Shown here piece after piece: positions 48,966 to 49,125 of a DNA stretch of 49,125 nucleotides. Numbering within the stretch: the stretch's first letter is position 1; the number at the start of each line of letters is the position of its first letter. The stretch spans positions 1 through 49,125 of the forward strand of contig JAHLWS010000041.1 in NCBI GenBank assembly GCA_019057795.1, given 5' to 3'. Position numbers and translations under genes: made by a program. The notes below the pieces were generated by a model that searched no databases, was not told where the DNA came from, and saw nothing but the letters and a program-made list of their open reading frames with translations. This stretch comes from Promethearchaeota archaeon (GTDB taxonomy: Archaea; Asgardarchaeota; Lokiarchaeia; Sigyniarchaeales; SOKP01).

Positions 48966-49125
48966 CTAATTTCATATTATTTGTTTTTTTTTTATGAGGC
49001 TGCAAGTTCATCTCAGTCCAGCTTGTAAACGCTTGTAGGTGGCGACAAAATGACCATAACCTTAAAATACGCGTTTATCCTATCTAATAATATGAGATAT
49101 AAAACAAATTCTGAAGAATACGAGA

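Noticed and set aside
1-49125. CRISPR arrays, tRNA/rRNA genes, selenocysteine UGA read-through
   Set aside because: No spaced direct repeats or cloverleaf/rRNA-like GC-rich segments were seen. TGA stops (tfb, ECH, rfcL, Sir2) fall at expected protein ends.

Overview
AT-rich archaeal chromosomal segment, most consistent with Asgard archaea (Lokiarchaeia-like). This is inferred from the combination of a Rab-like small GTPase, TFB, proteasome alpha, RFC subunits, a bacterial-type grpE-dnaK-dnaJ operon and large lineage-specific repeat proteins. It starts with the 3' end of an IS200/IS605 tnpB element. Then come metabolic genes (AOR, pyruvate kinase), a grpE-dnaK-dnaJ-tfb operon, a flavin/Fe-S oxidoreductase and lipid-handling cluster, pepT, ECH, an ECF S-component, a three-gene RFC clamp-loader operon, a 1623-aa helical repeat protein, UPF0182, psmA, the Rab-like GTPase, Sir2 and an acyl-CoA ligase. 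The main observation is a 31-nt frame-breaking insert (19294-19324) inside the CxxCxxC codons of a CCG/Fe-S oxidoreductase gene. It folds into a bulge-helix-bulge (BHB) motif, and canonical cleavage exactly restores the frame and the motif, making it a candidate BHB intron in an mRNA. About 350 bp away lies an inverted two-gene module encoding a GIY-YIG endonuclease fused to an array of HTH repeats, which suggests a possible intron plus free-standing endonuclease (collaborative homing) system. All calls come from manual motif reading; no database searches were run.
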